Below are positions 12,174-23,873 of a DNA stretch of 64,000 nucleotides, piece by piece. A program made the position numbers and the translations under genes. The stretch covers positions 9,052,001 through 9,116,000 of the forward strand of contig OX597825.1 in the NCBI GenBank assembly GCA_951406725.2, in the 5' to 3' direction. This DNA is from Octopus vulgaris (taxonomy: Eukaryota). The stretch's first letter is position 1; each line of letters begins with the position of its first letter. The notes under the pieces are model-generated. The model was given only the letters and a program-made list of their open reading frames with translations, did not search any database and was not told the DNA's origin.

Positions 12174-12257
12174 TTTTGCAACTTGTAATGTTAATGTAAG
12201 CGATTTTTTGCAACTTTTAACGTAAACGATTTTTTACAACTTTTAATGTAAGCGATT
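12174..12257. repeat. ~26-bp minisatellite, about 3 copies
   Basis: TTTTGCAACTTTTAA(T/C)GTAA(G/A)CGAT repeated. Confidence 0.8.
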
Positions 12258-12844
12258 ATTTTTTATATTAATTTACGTGCACAATATATTATAGATACTG
12301 AACAAGCTTTGCTTTCCAACAACTTCAAGTAATTTGGAACAAAATTATGAACGTTTTAACACAGAGAGTGAGATTTACAATTTCGTAATTCGGAAATTAA
12401 TTCAATCACAATATCTTCTTGTGCTATAATATATTTCAAGATCATATTTATATAAATGTCAAAGTAGAGAATACAGGAATATTGTGAGCATATCAAATTA
12501 CAGCTCAACTAATTTCAATACGAGTGTAGTTTAAACATATTTAGAAAGTTTATGTTGAAGAAGTAAGGAAGCTCTGATCATACGATAATACGCATTGATG
12601 CAAACACATACATAAGTCTGTGTGGGACACTCAACAGTTACAACAAATGTAATTGTGCCATTTCTATAAGAGTAATTAAATAAATGTGTGTCTGTGTGTG
12701 TGTGTGTGTGTGTTTGTGTGCGATATATTGTACTATATTATATTATGTGTCGATATGCCTCTCAAAGATTCCAATCCGTTTCTCTTTATTTTGTATATGC
12801 AATTTTATACATGCACATGCGCGCACGCACAAATGTATTTTGGC

Positions 12845-12845
<1 letters not shown>

Positions 12846-12939
<94 letters not shown>

Positions 12940-13014
12940 GAGGGACATGCAGAGAAATAGATAAATAGATAGATAGATAAATACATAGATAAATAGGCGG
13001 ACAGAGATGCAGAC

Positions 13015-13084
<70 letters not shown>

Positions 13085-13112
13085 ATAGATAGACAAACAG
13101 ACAGACAGACAA

Positions 13113-13181
<69 letters not shown>

Positions 13182-13198
13182 CAGGCAGACAGACAGAT
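12846..13198. repeat. (GATA)n/(GACA)n microsatellite array
   Basis: Directly visible; source of the YLSI-repeat ORFs. Confidence 0.95.
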
Positions 13199-13200
13199 AA

Positions 13201-14625
13201 CTGTTTATTGGTCACACAGGGCTGAACACAGAGGAGACAAATTCAAATGTATTGCTTTTCTTTTCGAAAATGAAAAAGAAAAAGGGCAAAAATGAGAAAA
13301 AATGGACAACGCCGTCGTTCCTCAGAGCACGCATCCTAGCTCTGACAAGACATCCGTTGTGTTTTGCGTTGAAGTATTAATCGAGGGCCAACTTCGCTGC
13401 CAGTACGTTGGATGCGATGCCAGTTCTAAGTGACTCTTGTAATTCCTTGACTAAGTCTCCCTCTATTCTGTTTTGGTCTAATGCTGGGGCCTTGCTGTAT
13501 CTATCCGATTCTACTTTAATTGCTTTCTTTAGAACATACCACCATCTGTTGATGATGATGGCACCTGTCAGTGCTCTCTTAACTAGAGTGTTAATCCGGT
13601 CCCTGTAAGCCTGGCGTGCTTTGAACGACGCGTTCAGCTTCCAGTAACCGGGACCCTGCCTGTGCATCTTATCTAAGTGGTGTACAAGTCACAAATTTGT
13701 GGTCAGTGTAGCTGATTATATGGAATTGTGGACAACCTACACTATCCTCATCTACTGAATCACAAAATACTCTTAGTACGATCTGAACGACCCGATGCGG
13801 TTGCTCCATGTCCCCATTGGCACATTCGGGTGGTCCACTCAGTGGTACCTGTCAGACAGTTGGAAACGTCTCAGCAGGTCTTTGAGGCATCTGCATCCAC
13901 TCCTATTACTATTTCTGCCCACGTAGTCTAGATGCGTGTCCAGGGTTGTGTTCCAATCCCCCACTAAAAGTAAAGGTATCTATCCGATTCTGCTTTAATT
14001 GCTTTCCCAGGGAAACCTCTAGACGTCGAAGAAAATCTGACCGGCTTGTTAAGGACGGTGCATAAATTGTTATCAGTCGGAAAACACACCCATTACTGCC
14101 ATCGTCATCCAAGACGACCAGCCTTGCCTCCGGGTCTGGGAAAATTGCTCTTACTTTGAGGTTGAGACACTTCCGAGAGGGACTGCGGTGCCACCTCCGC
14201 CGATTCTCGGCGGACATAATTGCGGGTTTTTTCGATTTTTTTCGGCGATGTTATGTGGTGTCTGTATTTGTATGCTGAGGTCGTCTTTTTTTAACATCGC
14301 TTTACAGGCAATCAGTTCTGTTTTCGAAAAGCACTTGATTTCGGCGTTCGTGTTGGTTGTGGTAGTGATGGCAGTAGTGGCGGTAGCAATGGTAGAACCA
14401 GTTATTATAGTAACAGAAGCATTCGTGCCTTCTAAGGCTTCGCTTTCAGCTTCCTTCGCCTCTGGCATTGGTAGAGGCGGGAAGTCGGCCTCATCGTTTC
14501 GTTTAACCATGTTTGTTTAGAAATATCGCAAGGAAACCGAAGAAAATAGAAACGTAAATGAGTTTGAACCTGCCCCTAGGGGTCTAATCCCTTCTTGAAA
14601 ACACACTCAAGCGAAAGCTGGGTGC
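13201..14625 (-). mobile_element. Internally deleted Tx1/L1-like non-LTR retrotransposon (ORF1 start, APE endonuclease, post-endonuclease region, 3' tail)
   Basis: Minus-strand remnants RLVVLD...FRLITIYAP, GDWN, YTDHK (SDH-equivalent) and GPGYWKLNAS...W...KKAIK, which is typical of L1/Tx1 ORF2. Upstream MVKRNDEADFPPLP is ORF1-like. 3' AATAAA at ~13204 precedes (TCTG/TCTA)n. No RT domain seen. Confidence 0.8.
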
Positions 14626-14721
14626 TTTACACACATCGTGTGCAAACATTGAAACAAAATGTGTGGAATAGAAGGTAGAAAAAAGGGGTTACCTGCGGAG
14701 CCGATGTGACATCACGACAGC

Positions 14722-14769
14722 CGATAGATAGATAGATATATAGGTAGATATATATATATATAGAGAGAG

Positions 14770-14829
<60 letters not shown>

Positions 14830-14979
14830 TTCTTTATTGCCCACAAGGGCAACATAGAGGGGATAAACAAGGACAGACAAAGGGATTAAGTGGATTACAT
14901 CCACCCCCAGTGCGTAACTGGTACTTTATCGACCCCGAACGGATGAAAGGCAAAGTCGACCTCGGCGCAGTTTGAAGTC

Positions 14980-15056
<77 letters not shown>
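14722..15056 (-). mobile_element. 5'-truncated SINE family B (14828-14978) embedded in (GATA)n
   Basis: GACCCCGAACGGATGAAAGGCAAAGTCGACCTCGGCG block flanked on both sides by GATA tracts. Confidence 0.85.
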
Positions 15057-15289
15057 CCTACACAACGACACACACAGATACATGGAAGGCAACCAAACAA
15101 ATCTCTTCACATATAACAAATAGATTGCCACAGTAGATGGAAACATTTCTGTGGTTTTATCGAAAGTGATATAAACATTAGTTTATTGGTTTCTTTATTT
15201 TCATTTTAGTAACATTTATTACTTTTTTACGTAACAGCCACCGCAACATCGATATCAGAATCTTCATCGTAATTACATCGGCACAGTCG

Positions 15290-15405
15290 CCATTATCACC
15301 ACCATTATCATTATCATAATCGTGATCGCCATCGTCGTCGTCGTCGTCCTTAACATCATCATCATCATCATCAACAACATTAACAACATCATATCGATCA
15401 TCATC
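15290..15405. repeat. Degenerate (ATC/GTC/AAC)n trinucleotide region
   Basis: Directly visible; gives the poly-M/T stretch in ORF 15273-15680. Confidence 0.8.
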
Positions 15406-15929
15406 TCTCTAAAAGATGAAGACACATTATGGTACGTCTCGCTTCTGCTTCTGAGTCGATTGCTGTCATCACCATGAAAGTTATCATCCTGCTTTCTTTC
15501 CTCAAGTTCGATCGGTATTGGAATCAATAAAAAAAAAAAAACATGGGAGAATAGAAAATGTTTTTCTAATGTTAATTTTAACGAATATCGATCCCATACC
15601 ATGTTGTCATTAACAACAAGACATGTGGCTGTTGTAAGATAGATCGCTGTTCGATAAACTAATAATGCGACTGTCATCACGCAATATTCCTGTTTTATTC
15701 ATGAGTTGTTTCCCTCTATGGATAATTATATATGAAAACAGTCATTAAAGTTATCACGCACGCGCATACACACAAGCAAACAGACGCACGTATACACACA
15801 GATACACACATATAAACACTAATCTATCCCGCTTACACTGCCTAAGTTTTAACAATTCATTGCTATATATAGGATGAAGCCACTGCTTTTTTTGGTCTGC
15901 CAAGCATGAGGCCGGCCCTTAAAATGCCT

Positions 15930-16334
15930 ACCTATTTCAATACTACCCACCAGGGGCTAAACACAGAGTGGACAAACAAGGAAAGACAAACGGATTAAGT
16001 CGAATATATCAACTCCAGTGCGTAACTGGTACTTATTTAATCGACCCCGAAAGGATGATAGGCAAAGTCGACCACGGCGGAATTTGAACTCAGAACGCAA
16101 AGACAGAGGAAATACCTATTTATTTACTACCCACAAGGGGCTAAACAAGGGCAGACAAACGGATTAAGTCGATTACATCAACCCCAGGGCGTAACTGATA
16201 CTTAATTTATCGGCCTCGAAAGTATGAAAGGCAAAGTCGACCTCGGCGGAATTTGAACTCAGAACGTAACGGTAGACGAAATACGGCTACGCATTTCTTC
16301 CGGCGTTCTAACGTTTCTGGCAGCTCGCCGCCTT
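15930..16334 (-). mobile_element. SINE family B (tRNA head + Meta-like domain), with duplicated body
   Basis: Head GGCGGCGAGCTG...GAGTTCAAATTCC, then GAGGTCGACTTTGCCTTTCAT... (Meta/Sauria-like central domain). Body present twice. Confidence 0.9.
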
Positions 16335-16869
16335 AATATATCGAATATTATAACTATTCTGTAGCTACTGATGGCTGTAACTTGAGAAACAAGTATTTTT
16401 AGGATAGTAGTATAAAGCATTTTTTAAAGTCATTCAGAGTACGATCAATAATCTACTAAAAAATTAGTGTTTATTTCCGAACAGTAGTAAGAAGATAAAG
16501 CCAAACGTTTGGCTTAGGAGATTGTTGTTTTAGAATGAATTTCTCCAACAACTCATCTGCCCGACGTTGACGTAAAAGAAGATACATCTCTGTTAAAAAT
16601 AATTTTGTTGATTGATTGGATAAACCTCGAGACACCGATGGAACTCTCTGACATGTATCTCATAGCACAAATAATAATGCTAACCCAAACACCCACTTCA
16701 GAAAGGTTATATTGTTGACGGCAGGACCCTGGAAAACGTAGGAATTGATACATACTCTAATTATAGAAGTACAAATATACTAATTAGCCATAACTGAAAT
16801 AATGGGGAGACTTGCGATAATTGGTTATAAGACGAATATAGATCTAATGAAACAATGCTAGACGAAGAG

Positions 16870-17516
16870 ATTTCAAGAAGTCCAACTGAGAAAGGGTGCA
16901 TGATTCTAATACTTGTTGTGGAATCCTTTCAAAAGATGGTAAAGAATGAATATTACCTGGTATTACAGTGGTTCACCGCATCTCAAGACGTTTCGGAACC
17001 AGAATGGAAAGATTCTGGCATCAAGTGGAAAAAATGTGTTTCTAGCTGGAAAGATTCTGGTTTCGGTTTTGTGGGAAAAAATGGAGCACTCCTCATAAAA
17101 TATCTCCCAAAGCGTCACACTATCAACGCAGAATACTGCATGTCTCTGTTGGACTAACTTCGTGAAGATTTGGAGCAGAAACGCCGTGGAGAGCTGAGCC
17201 GTGGTATCCTGTTTTTTTGCAGGGCAATGCACCAGTACAGCCAGCACATAAATTGCTACGGAAAATACACGACTTTCGCTTCGATTTGGTAGATTACCTA
17301 CCTTACTCTCCTGACGTGGATTCCTTCAACTACCACCTCTATCCAAAACTGAAGAAACATCTCAAGGGAACGAAATCTCACTCCGATTCGGCAGTGAACG
17401 CTACTGCAGAAGCCTGGCTGGAGGTCCAGCCTGCTGAATTCTTTTTACAGTGCTTAGAAAAACTGAAGGGCCACTGCAATAAGCGTTTGAATCTAAGAGG
17501 GGAATATGTTGCATAA
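16870..17516 (+). mobile_element. Second mariner transposase remnant (different subfamily)
   Basis: YLPKRHTINAEY, LQGNAP (HDNA equivalent) and LPYSPD...YHLYPKLKKHLKG...FF...L...RC...GEYV; stops and frameshifts present. Confidence 0.9.
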
Positions 17517-17550
17517 TATCATAATTATATATATATATATATAATACAGT

Positions 17551-17764
17551 GGAGGCGCGTGGCTTAGTGGTTAGCGTGTCAGCATCATGATCGTAAGATT
17601 GTGGTTTCGATTCCTGGACCGGGCGACGCGTTGTGTTCTTGAGCAAAACACTTCATTTCACATTTCACATTGATGGACTGGCATCCCGTCCAGCTGGGGG
17701 AACACATACCCCATTGAAATCGGGAATCCAAGCCCATAAGCCTGGCTAGGCTTTAAAAGGGCGT

Positions 17765-17765
<1 letters not shown>
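17551..17765 (+). mobile_element. tRNA-derived CORE-like SINE, family D
   Basis: GGAGGCGCGTGGCTTAGTGG A-box, GGTTTCGATTCC B-box, TGTGTTCTTGAGCAAAACACTT CORE-like block; flanked by (TA)n. Confidence 0.8.
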
Positions 17766-17816
<51 letters not shown>

Positions 17817-19078
17817 ATACATGTACGATTGATGTATAGTTTGGGAAACCTACGTTTTTACAAAGTTTATGCCTTTCCACGTTTCACTCTCGGTGTCTGA
17901 ATCGAATCACTTATGCACCTAATTGCTACTGCATAGCAGTCAGTTTGTGCCTCATGGTTCATGGTACTGCGCAATCTATTTCCACCGATCAGTAGGTCTC
18001 TATCACTTCTATTATGTATACATTTATCATAATTTTTTAATTGATTTTAAACCATAATTTCAGTCACTTGTCTTGCTAATATTAATGCTATAATTATCTA
18101 TTGATTTTTGTCTCATGTATAATTTGTTGTAACTATTAAGTTAGTGTATTATAATACGATATTATATTATATTCAATAGGCAGTTGAACTTATTATTAAC
18201 GTTATTAATATTCTTTTCTGCTCTAGGTAATAAAGTTTTGATATTAATACTAATGTTTATAGATTTCCTTTATGTTTATTTAAATATTTTTTGGCGTACT
18301 TGTACATAAAACGACGCAGCTCCATTGTTATTTTTTTGTCACTACAGATCGTTAATGCATATTATATGTCCACTCGTCTCTATGATTCTGTACTTTGAAC
18401 TCCAGGTCTCTCAATGCTTCCCCAATTAATTTATTATCGATGCGGTCGTTGGATTTACTAGCAGCATAAACATATGTACATTTTTGTTACTCCATTAACT
18501 TTGCTATTCTTTACACATAAACCTGTTTCCTCTTCCCGTTTTATTTATTCTTCAAGCCATTTTTTTATTGTCTTCAAACACTTGTCTCCCTTTATTCTCT
18601 TCAATTTCTCGTCTATCATTTTTTTTTTACATTATCTTCCTTTTATCTTCATTGCTGTAGTTTAGATATTTATGGGATTTCACTCTGTATGATACGCACG
18701 CGTGAGTGTCTATGTGTGTATGTTTGTGTGTGTACATGAGCGTGTGTTATATCTGCATATCTTTGTGCTTTCTCTGTTACCGTTGAGTTTCGTGTAACCG
18801 CTGTTATCTTTTATTTATTACGGAAGTAATTAATTTTGCTTTGTCTCAGAGTGAGTTTTGCCATATAAGCACATTTAATTTGTTTTTTACATTTTGATGT
18901 TATCAGTTGAAGATTATGATGTACGTGTGTGTGTGTGTGGATGGGTTTATTTGGAACGTGCATTATAAAAAAAATGAGAAATATCATTAAATTATGTTCT
19001 GTATCTATGTCACACAAATACGCATGCGCACATACGCACACACACATGCACGCACACACACGCATGCACACATATGCA

Positions 19079-19118
<40 letters not shown>

Positions 19119-19136
19119 CATACAAACATATATTAT

Positions 19137-19352
19137 ATTTTACTCTTTTACTTGTTTCAGCCATATGACTGTAGCCATGCTGAAGCACCGCCAATAGTCG
19201 AGCAAATCGACCCCAGGATTTATTCTTTGTAAGCCTAGTACTTATACTATCGCTCTCTTTTGCCAAACCGCTAAGTTACGGCGACGTAAATACACCAGCA
19301 TCGGTTGTCAAGCGATGTTGGGGGACAAACACAGACATTCAAACATATATAT

Positions 19353-19416
<64 letters not shown>

Positions 19417-19448
19417 GTTTAAATATTTGTTGTGCCATTCCGAAATAT

Positions 19449-19498
<50 letters not shown>

Positions 19499-19655
19499 GA
19501 CAGGCTTCTTTCAGTTTCCGTCTAGCAAATCCACTGACAAGGGTTTGGTCGACCCAAGGCTATAATAGAAGACACTTCTGCAAGGTGCCACGCAGTGGGT
19601 CTGAACCCGGAAACATGCGGTTGGTAAACAAGCTACGTACCACACAGCCACACCT
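19137..19655 (-). mobile_element. SINE family C with expanded internal microsatellite
   Basis: Full head, body and tail match to other copies; internal (TA)n/(CA)n at 19345-19497. Confidence 0.9.
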
Positions 19656-19694
19656 AAGCTTATATATATATATATATAGAATACATATTCTTAT

Positions 19695-19985
19695 ATTCTT
19701 CTTTTTGATACTCAAGTTTCAGCCAGAGGCTAGGGCCACGCCGGAGCACCACCTTTCAGTATTTTGGCGTATCCTTCCGGTACATTTTTTTTTTTGGTGA
19801 AGACGCGAGGTGGAAGAGGTTGCTCTTCTTCGAGCCCCCTGCCGTGTTGTGGGCTCATGTGGGATTTCTGATCGAAATTTGCTCAAATGCTTTTTGAACA
19901 TTTCCATATCTACACCGTGCAAATCTCTTAGGTTCCTTGGTAGGGTGTTAAGCAGTTCTGGTCCCTGAAACACAAGCTGCTCTGC
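19695..19985 (-). mobile_element. 3' end of a CR1/L2-like LINE
   Basis: Translates QGPELLNTLPRNLRDLHGVD...FKKHL...IPHEPT...RATSSTS, resembling the ORF2 C-terminus of invertebrate CR1/L2-group LINEs; followed by a short 3' UTR. Clade assignment tentative. Confidence 0.7.
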
Positions 19986-20057
19986 AATATTGAAAAGCTC
20001 AATACACTTATCGATATGAAATACATGTAAATACAAATTCATATACGGAAGTACTCA

Positions 20058-20318
20058 GGTAGGATCGTGAGTTCGATTCTTAACGAAGCTTTGTGTCCTT
20101 GAGCAAGACAATTTATCTCGCATAGCTCCAGTTTGGTCAGTTGTTAAAAATGAGCAGTGTCTATAATTCAAAAGGCCAAACTTCTTGCATTCTATGTATC
20201 GCGGAATTTCTCTGAGAACTACGTTAAGATACACGCGTTTGTAGAATTTTTATTCCACGAGGAGGCTGCTAGGTTCATCGGCATAACTAGAACCCACGAC
20301 ATTTGGAAACCGACGGAA
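20058..20318 (+). mobile_element. Old SINE related to families A/D
   Basis: GAGTTCGATTC B-box, TGTGTCCTTGAGCAAGAC CORE-like block, and GAGAACTACGTTAAG... resembling the family A type-1 tail. Confidence 0.6.
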
Positions 20319-20479
20319 TGTATATATATATATATGTATGTGTGTGTATGTTTGTGTGTGCCTGTGTGTGTGTAAACACTGGCATATATACTTATAATAA
20401 TAATGATGTACATATATGCATACATATATGTATACATTATATATATATACACATATATATATATATATACATATGTATG

Positions 20480-20549
<70 letters not shown>

Positions 20550-22139
20550 GCGGCCTCCTTAGATCGGTAAATGCTAGACCACGTTTTAGTTTCTTGATAC
20601 TAATGAGTAAAGACACTCATAAATCGCAGAAAAAGTACGAATCGTGGATGCTTTAATCAGACCACCGAAGCCTTTCGAAATGAGAAGAAAGCTAGCATAG
20701 AGATGTATGAGCGTATCCAAAAGCGCGAGTATAAAGGAAATGCACGCTGGAAGCATTATGTCATCGTTCGATTTATTGAAACACGATGACAACGAATATA
20801 ATGGCTTCAAAATTGGCGAATAAAAATTGAATATTCATGAAGCTACGTTCTAGTTACAGTTTTACGACATTTATTTGACATCAAACAAGATGATCTTAGG
20901 GGTTATATTTGACTTACGGTTCATATTAAAACATCAAAAATAGGTTCGTTATTTAATGCAGAACTATTAAAATGCTGTACTAACATGATTTTCGGATCAT
21001 AGGGTGAAACACTCGACAAACAAATAAGTGTCCACTCTTATAAAATTATATCCTTGCTGCTTTTCATAAACGTATGCCTTCAAACGATGTGTTCAGATTC
21101 ATTCGAACAGAAACACACAGTTGAAATCTGTTAGTTTGGCATAAATAATATGGTGAAAATTTCTCAGCGAATAGGTATATGACAATAAATGTTCTTAGTA
21201 TTTATAATAAGTCCATGGACATAAATGGCATCCTTATTCTACGATTAGAACACCTAACATACTATGGATCACGAGAGAAGCAGAAATCTATGAAATTTAT
21301 TCCATTTATTTTCAACATTAGAGCTTTGTTCATTATGCATATATTTTTTTTCAACCGAAATTTTATATTAATAACATAATGTTGAGAGTCAATTAGTAAA
21401 TAATGTTAATTACACAAAATATTACTGAATACCACTGTCAGATTTTTGTAGGAAATCATTGTCTTGGAAGCATGAAGTCTATTTTCATGAAAAACAATGA
21501 ACAGTAAAATGTTGGTAAAATGCCACTATGAATTGTGTAGTAGCCATTTTGTCTATGACGAATTTCTAACAAATGACAAAAGAATATGCATTGGAAAAAG
21601 AAAATAATTCACTGTTTTATGTGTTGGAAATCTTTCATTAGTATATCAAAACTTATAACTTGAAAAACGTGGTCAGACAGAGGGAAAATCATGTCTTGCA
21701 AAATGTGAAAGTAGTCATTTGTTTCCAGCGTTATTATTAACAATGCATGAAAAAAACAAACTTGCAAAGTTTTACCTACGGTTTACTTCCAGTGACAGAA
21801 TATGGATATGCAAACACGCATATAATACAGAAAAAATCACACTTGCATTCTTTTATACCAAAAATATATAAAATGGTCGATGCTAAAAAATTCCGAGTGT
21901 AAGAGTTAGTTATCAAGCAATTTCTATAGAGAGGCAGATATTTGGAGAAATAGTGGTGTACAAAGATAACTAGTCAGAAATATAGACAGTCAAGTAGTAC
22001 TAACAATCAAACAGACATACAGCTATGCAGCTTGATATATGTATAGATATTCACGTGTTTTTGTACGAGACTTAATTCTTATACATGTCGTATATTTTAA
22101 CTCATGAATTTCTTAGTACCTGAATGAACAGAAAGGCTG

Positions 22140-22362
22140 CTCGCTAACACGCCGGGCTGCACGCCGGGCGAAATGCTTACGGGTATTTCGTCTCCCGCTA
22201 CGTTCTGAGTTCAAATTCCGCTCAGGTCGACTTTGCCTTTCATCCTTTCAGGGTCGATAAATAAAGTACCATTTTCGCACTGGGGTCGATGTAATCGACT
22301 TAATCCCTTTTTCTGTCCTTGTTTGTCCCCTCTATGTGTAGCCCCTTGTGGGTAGTAAAGAC
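22140..22362 (+). mobile_element. SINE family B
   Basis: Matches 59571-59793. Confidence 0.9.
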
Positions 22363-22474
22363 ATATATTTACAAACAATAGCAGCTATCGTAATTCGCAT
22401 TGTATCTAATGGCCATTAAATTCATAAACACCACATGTAACAGCAATGAGTAAAAATTAACAAAGAAACTCTGC

Positions 22475-22690
22475 CAGCGAGATGGCAGAATCATTAGCAC
22501 GCCTGGCAAATGACTGACGCCATTTTGTCAGTGTTTACGTTCTGAGTTCAAGTTCTGCCGATGTGTAGTTTACCTTTCATCCTTTTGGAGTCGATAAAAT
22601 AAGTATCAGTTGAGCAATGTGGGCCAATGTGATCGACTTACCTCACCCCCTCACTCCCAGAACTGCTGGCCTTGTTCCAAAATTTCGAAA
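22475..22690 (+). mobile_element. SINE family B' (family-B head and core, alternative tail ...GCTGGCCTTGT(T/G)CCAAAATTT(C)GAAA)
   Basis: Same head and Meta-like core; the tail recurs at ~26800-26830, ~56745-56790 and ~58945-58975. Confidence 0.75.
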
Positions 22691-23658
22691 TTACTATTAT
22701 CTAAATTCTGCTCTTTTGTCTATGGAGAAGGCAGTAGTGGAAATTAGAAGTTTTATACATTGTTACAGAAATGTCGTTAACTTTTTTTGTTTTTATTTCT
22801 ATCTTTCATATAATAATACCAGCGTTTCATGCAAGTATTTTAATTAAAAACTAATCACATTCCCCTTTGTAATTTTCTGCGTTTGAACAGATAGATTTAT
22901 ATCCTGTCAGTATGGCTGTTCAATTGACGTCATACTATTCATTTGATAATAATATATTCCATCTATTTTTAATTTCAAGCATGTAATATGATTTCTGTGG
23001 GTAATAGTTGTATGCTTATTTATCACACTTATCTTTTCTATATTCATAACAATTTTGCTTTTAGCAATATTTCTTCTATAGTTCAAATATTCAGAAATCT
23101 ATCCAGTATTCAAAGTAGATCTATCAAACTTAGAACTAGTGAGAAATATCGCTCCTTTCAAGCGAATGGCTCGTTTTTTAAAGATTTTGTGATAGCAATC
23201 TATTCTCAATTGTTTTGCCTATCCGTCGCATCTTTTTCACAAGGGCTGCTTAATTAATTTATTTTAGATGGCACAGTTTAAGAAATGACAATTGATATAT
23301 TTTTCATATATTGTCTGCATTATAAATTGAAAACAATACATTTCCTAACAATTGTCGACCAAATTTTTTTCTGGAAATATTCTGAGACGCTTCAAATTTT
23401 GTTTGGTTAGCATTACACATTTTTATATATCAGCAGGATCTGGTTTTCCTTCAAGTGCTCGTAAAAGGAAATAAGGATACTTCCTCTTATTTCAAACTTT
23501 CTTTTAATTTACTATATATTTGTTATATTTTGTGTGACGATGTAGGTGCGTCAATCCGGAATATATCCAAAGTCGCCCAAAACTTAAGCTGCGAGAAGAA
23601 ACTTGCCTCTTGCAAGGAACGCCTGTTCTTTGCAGCCCTAGATTTCTGGTGTGACGAT

Positions 23659-23727
<69 letters not shown>

Positions 23728-23825
23728 CAGACAGAGAAAGATAGAGATTGATAGATAGATATACCAATATACATACATACATGCGTACATAACTACACAC
23801 ATACGTACATACTTCTATATATATA

Positions 23826-23873
<48 letters not shown>

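Noticed and set aside
15930-16334. Recurrent ~35-bp blocks that could suggest a CRISPR array
   Set aside because: The intervening sequence is also repeated (SINE bodies), the context is eukaryotic and there are no cas genes.
22900-23330. Possible minus-strand APE endonuclease remnant (GAIFL..., AILTG)
   Set aside because: Motifs are too degenerate to support without a translated search.
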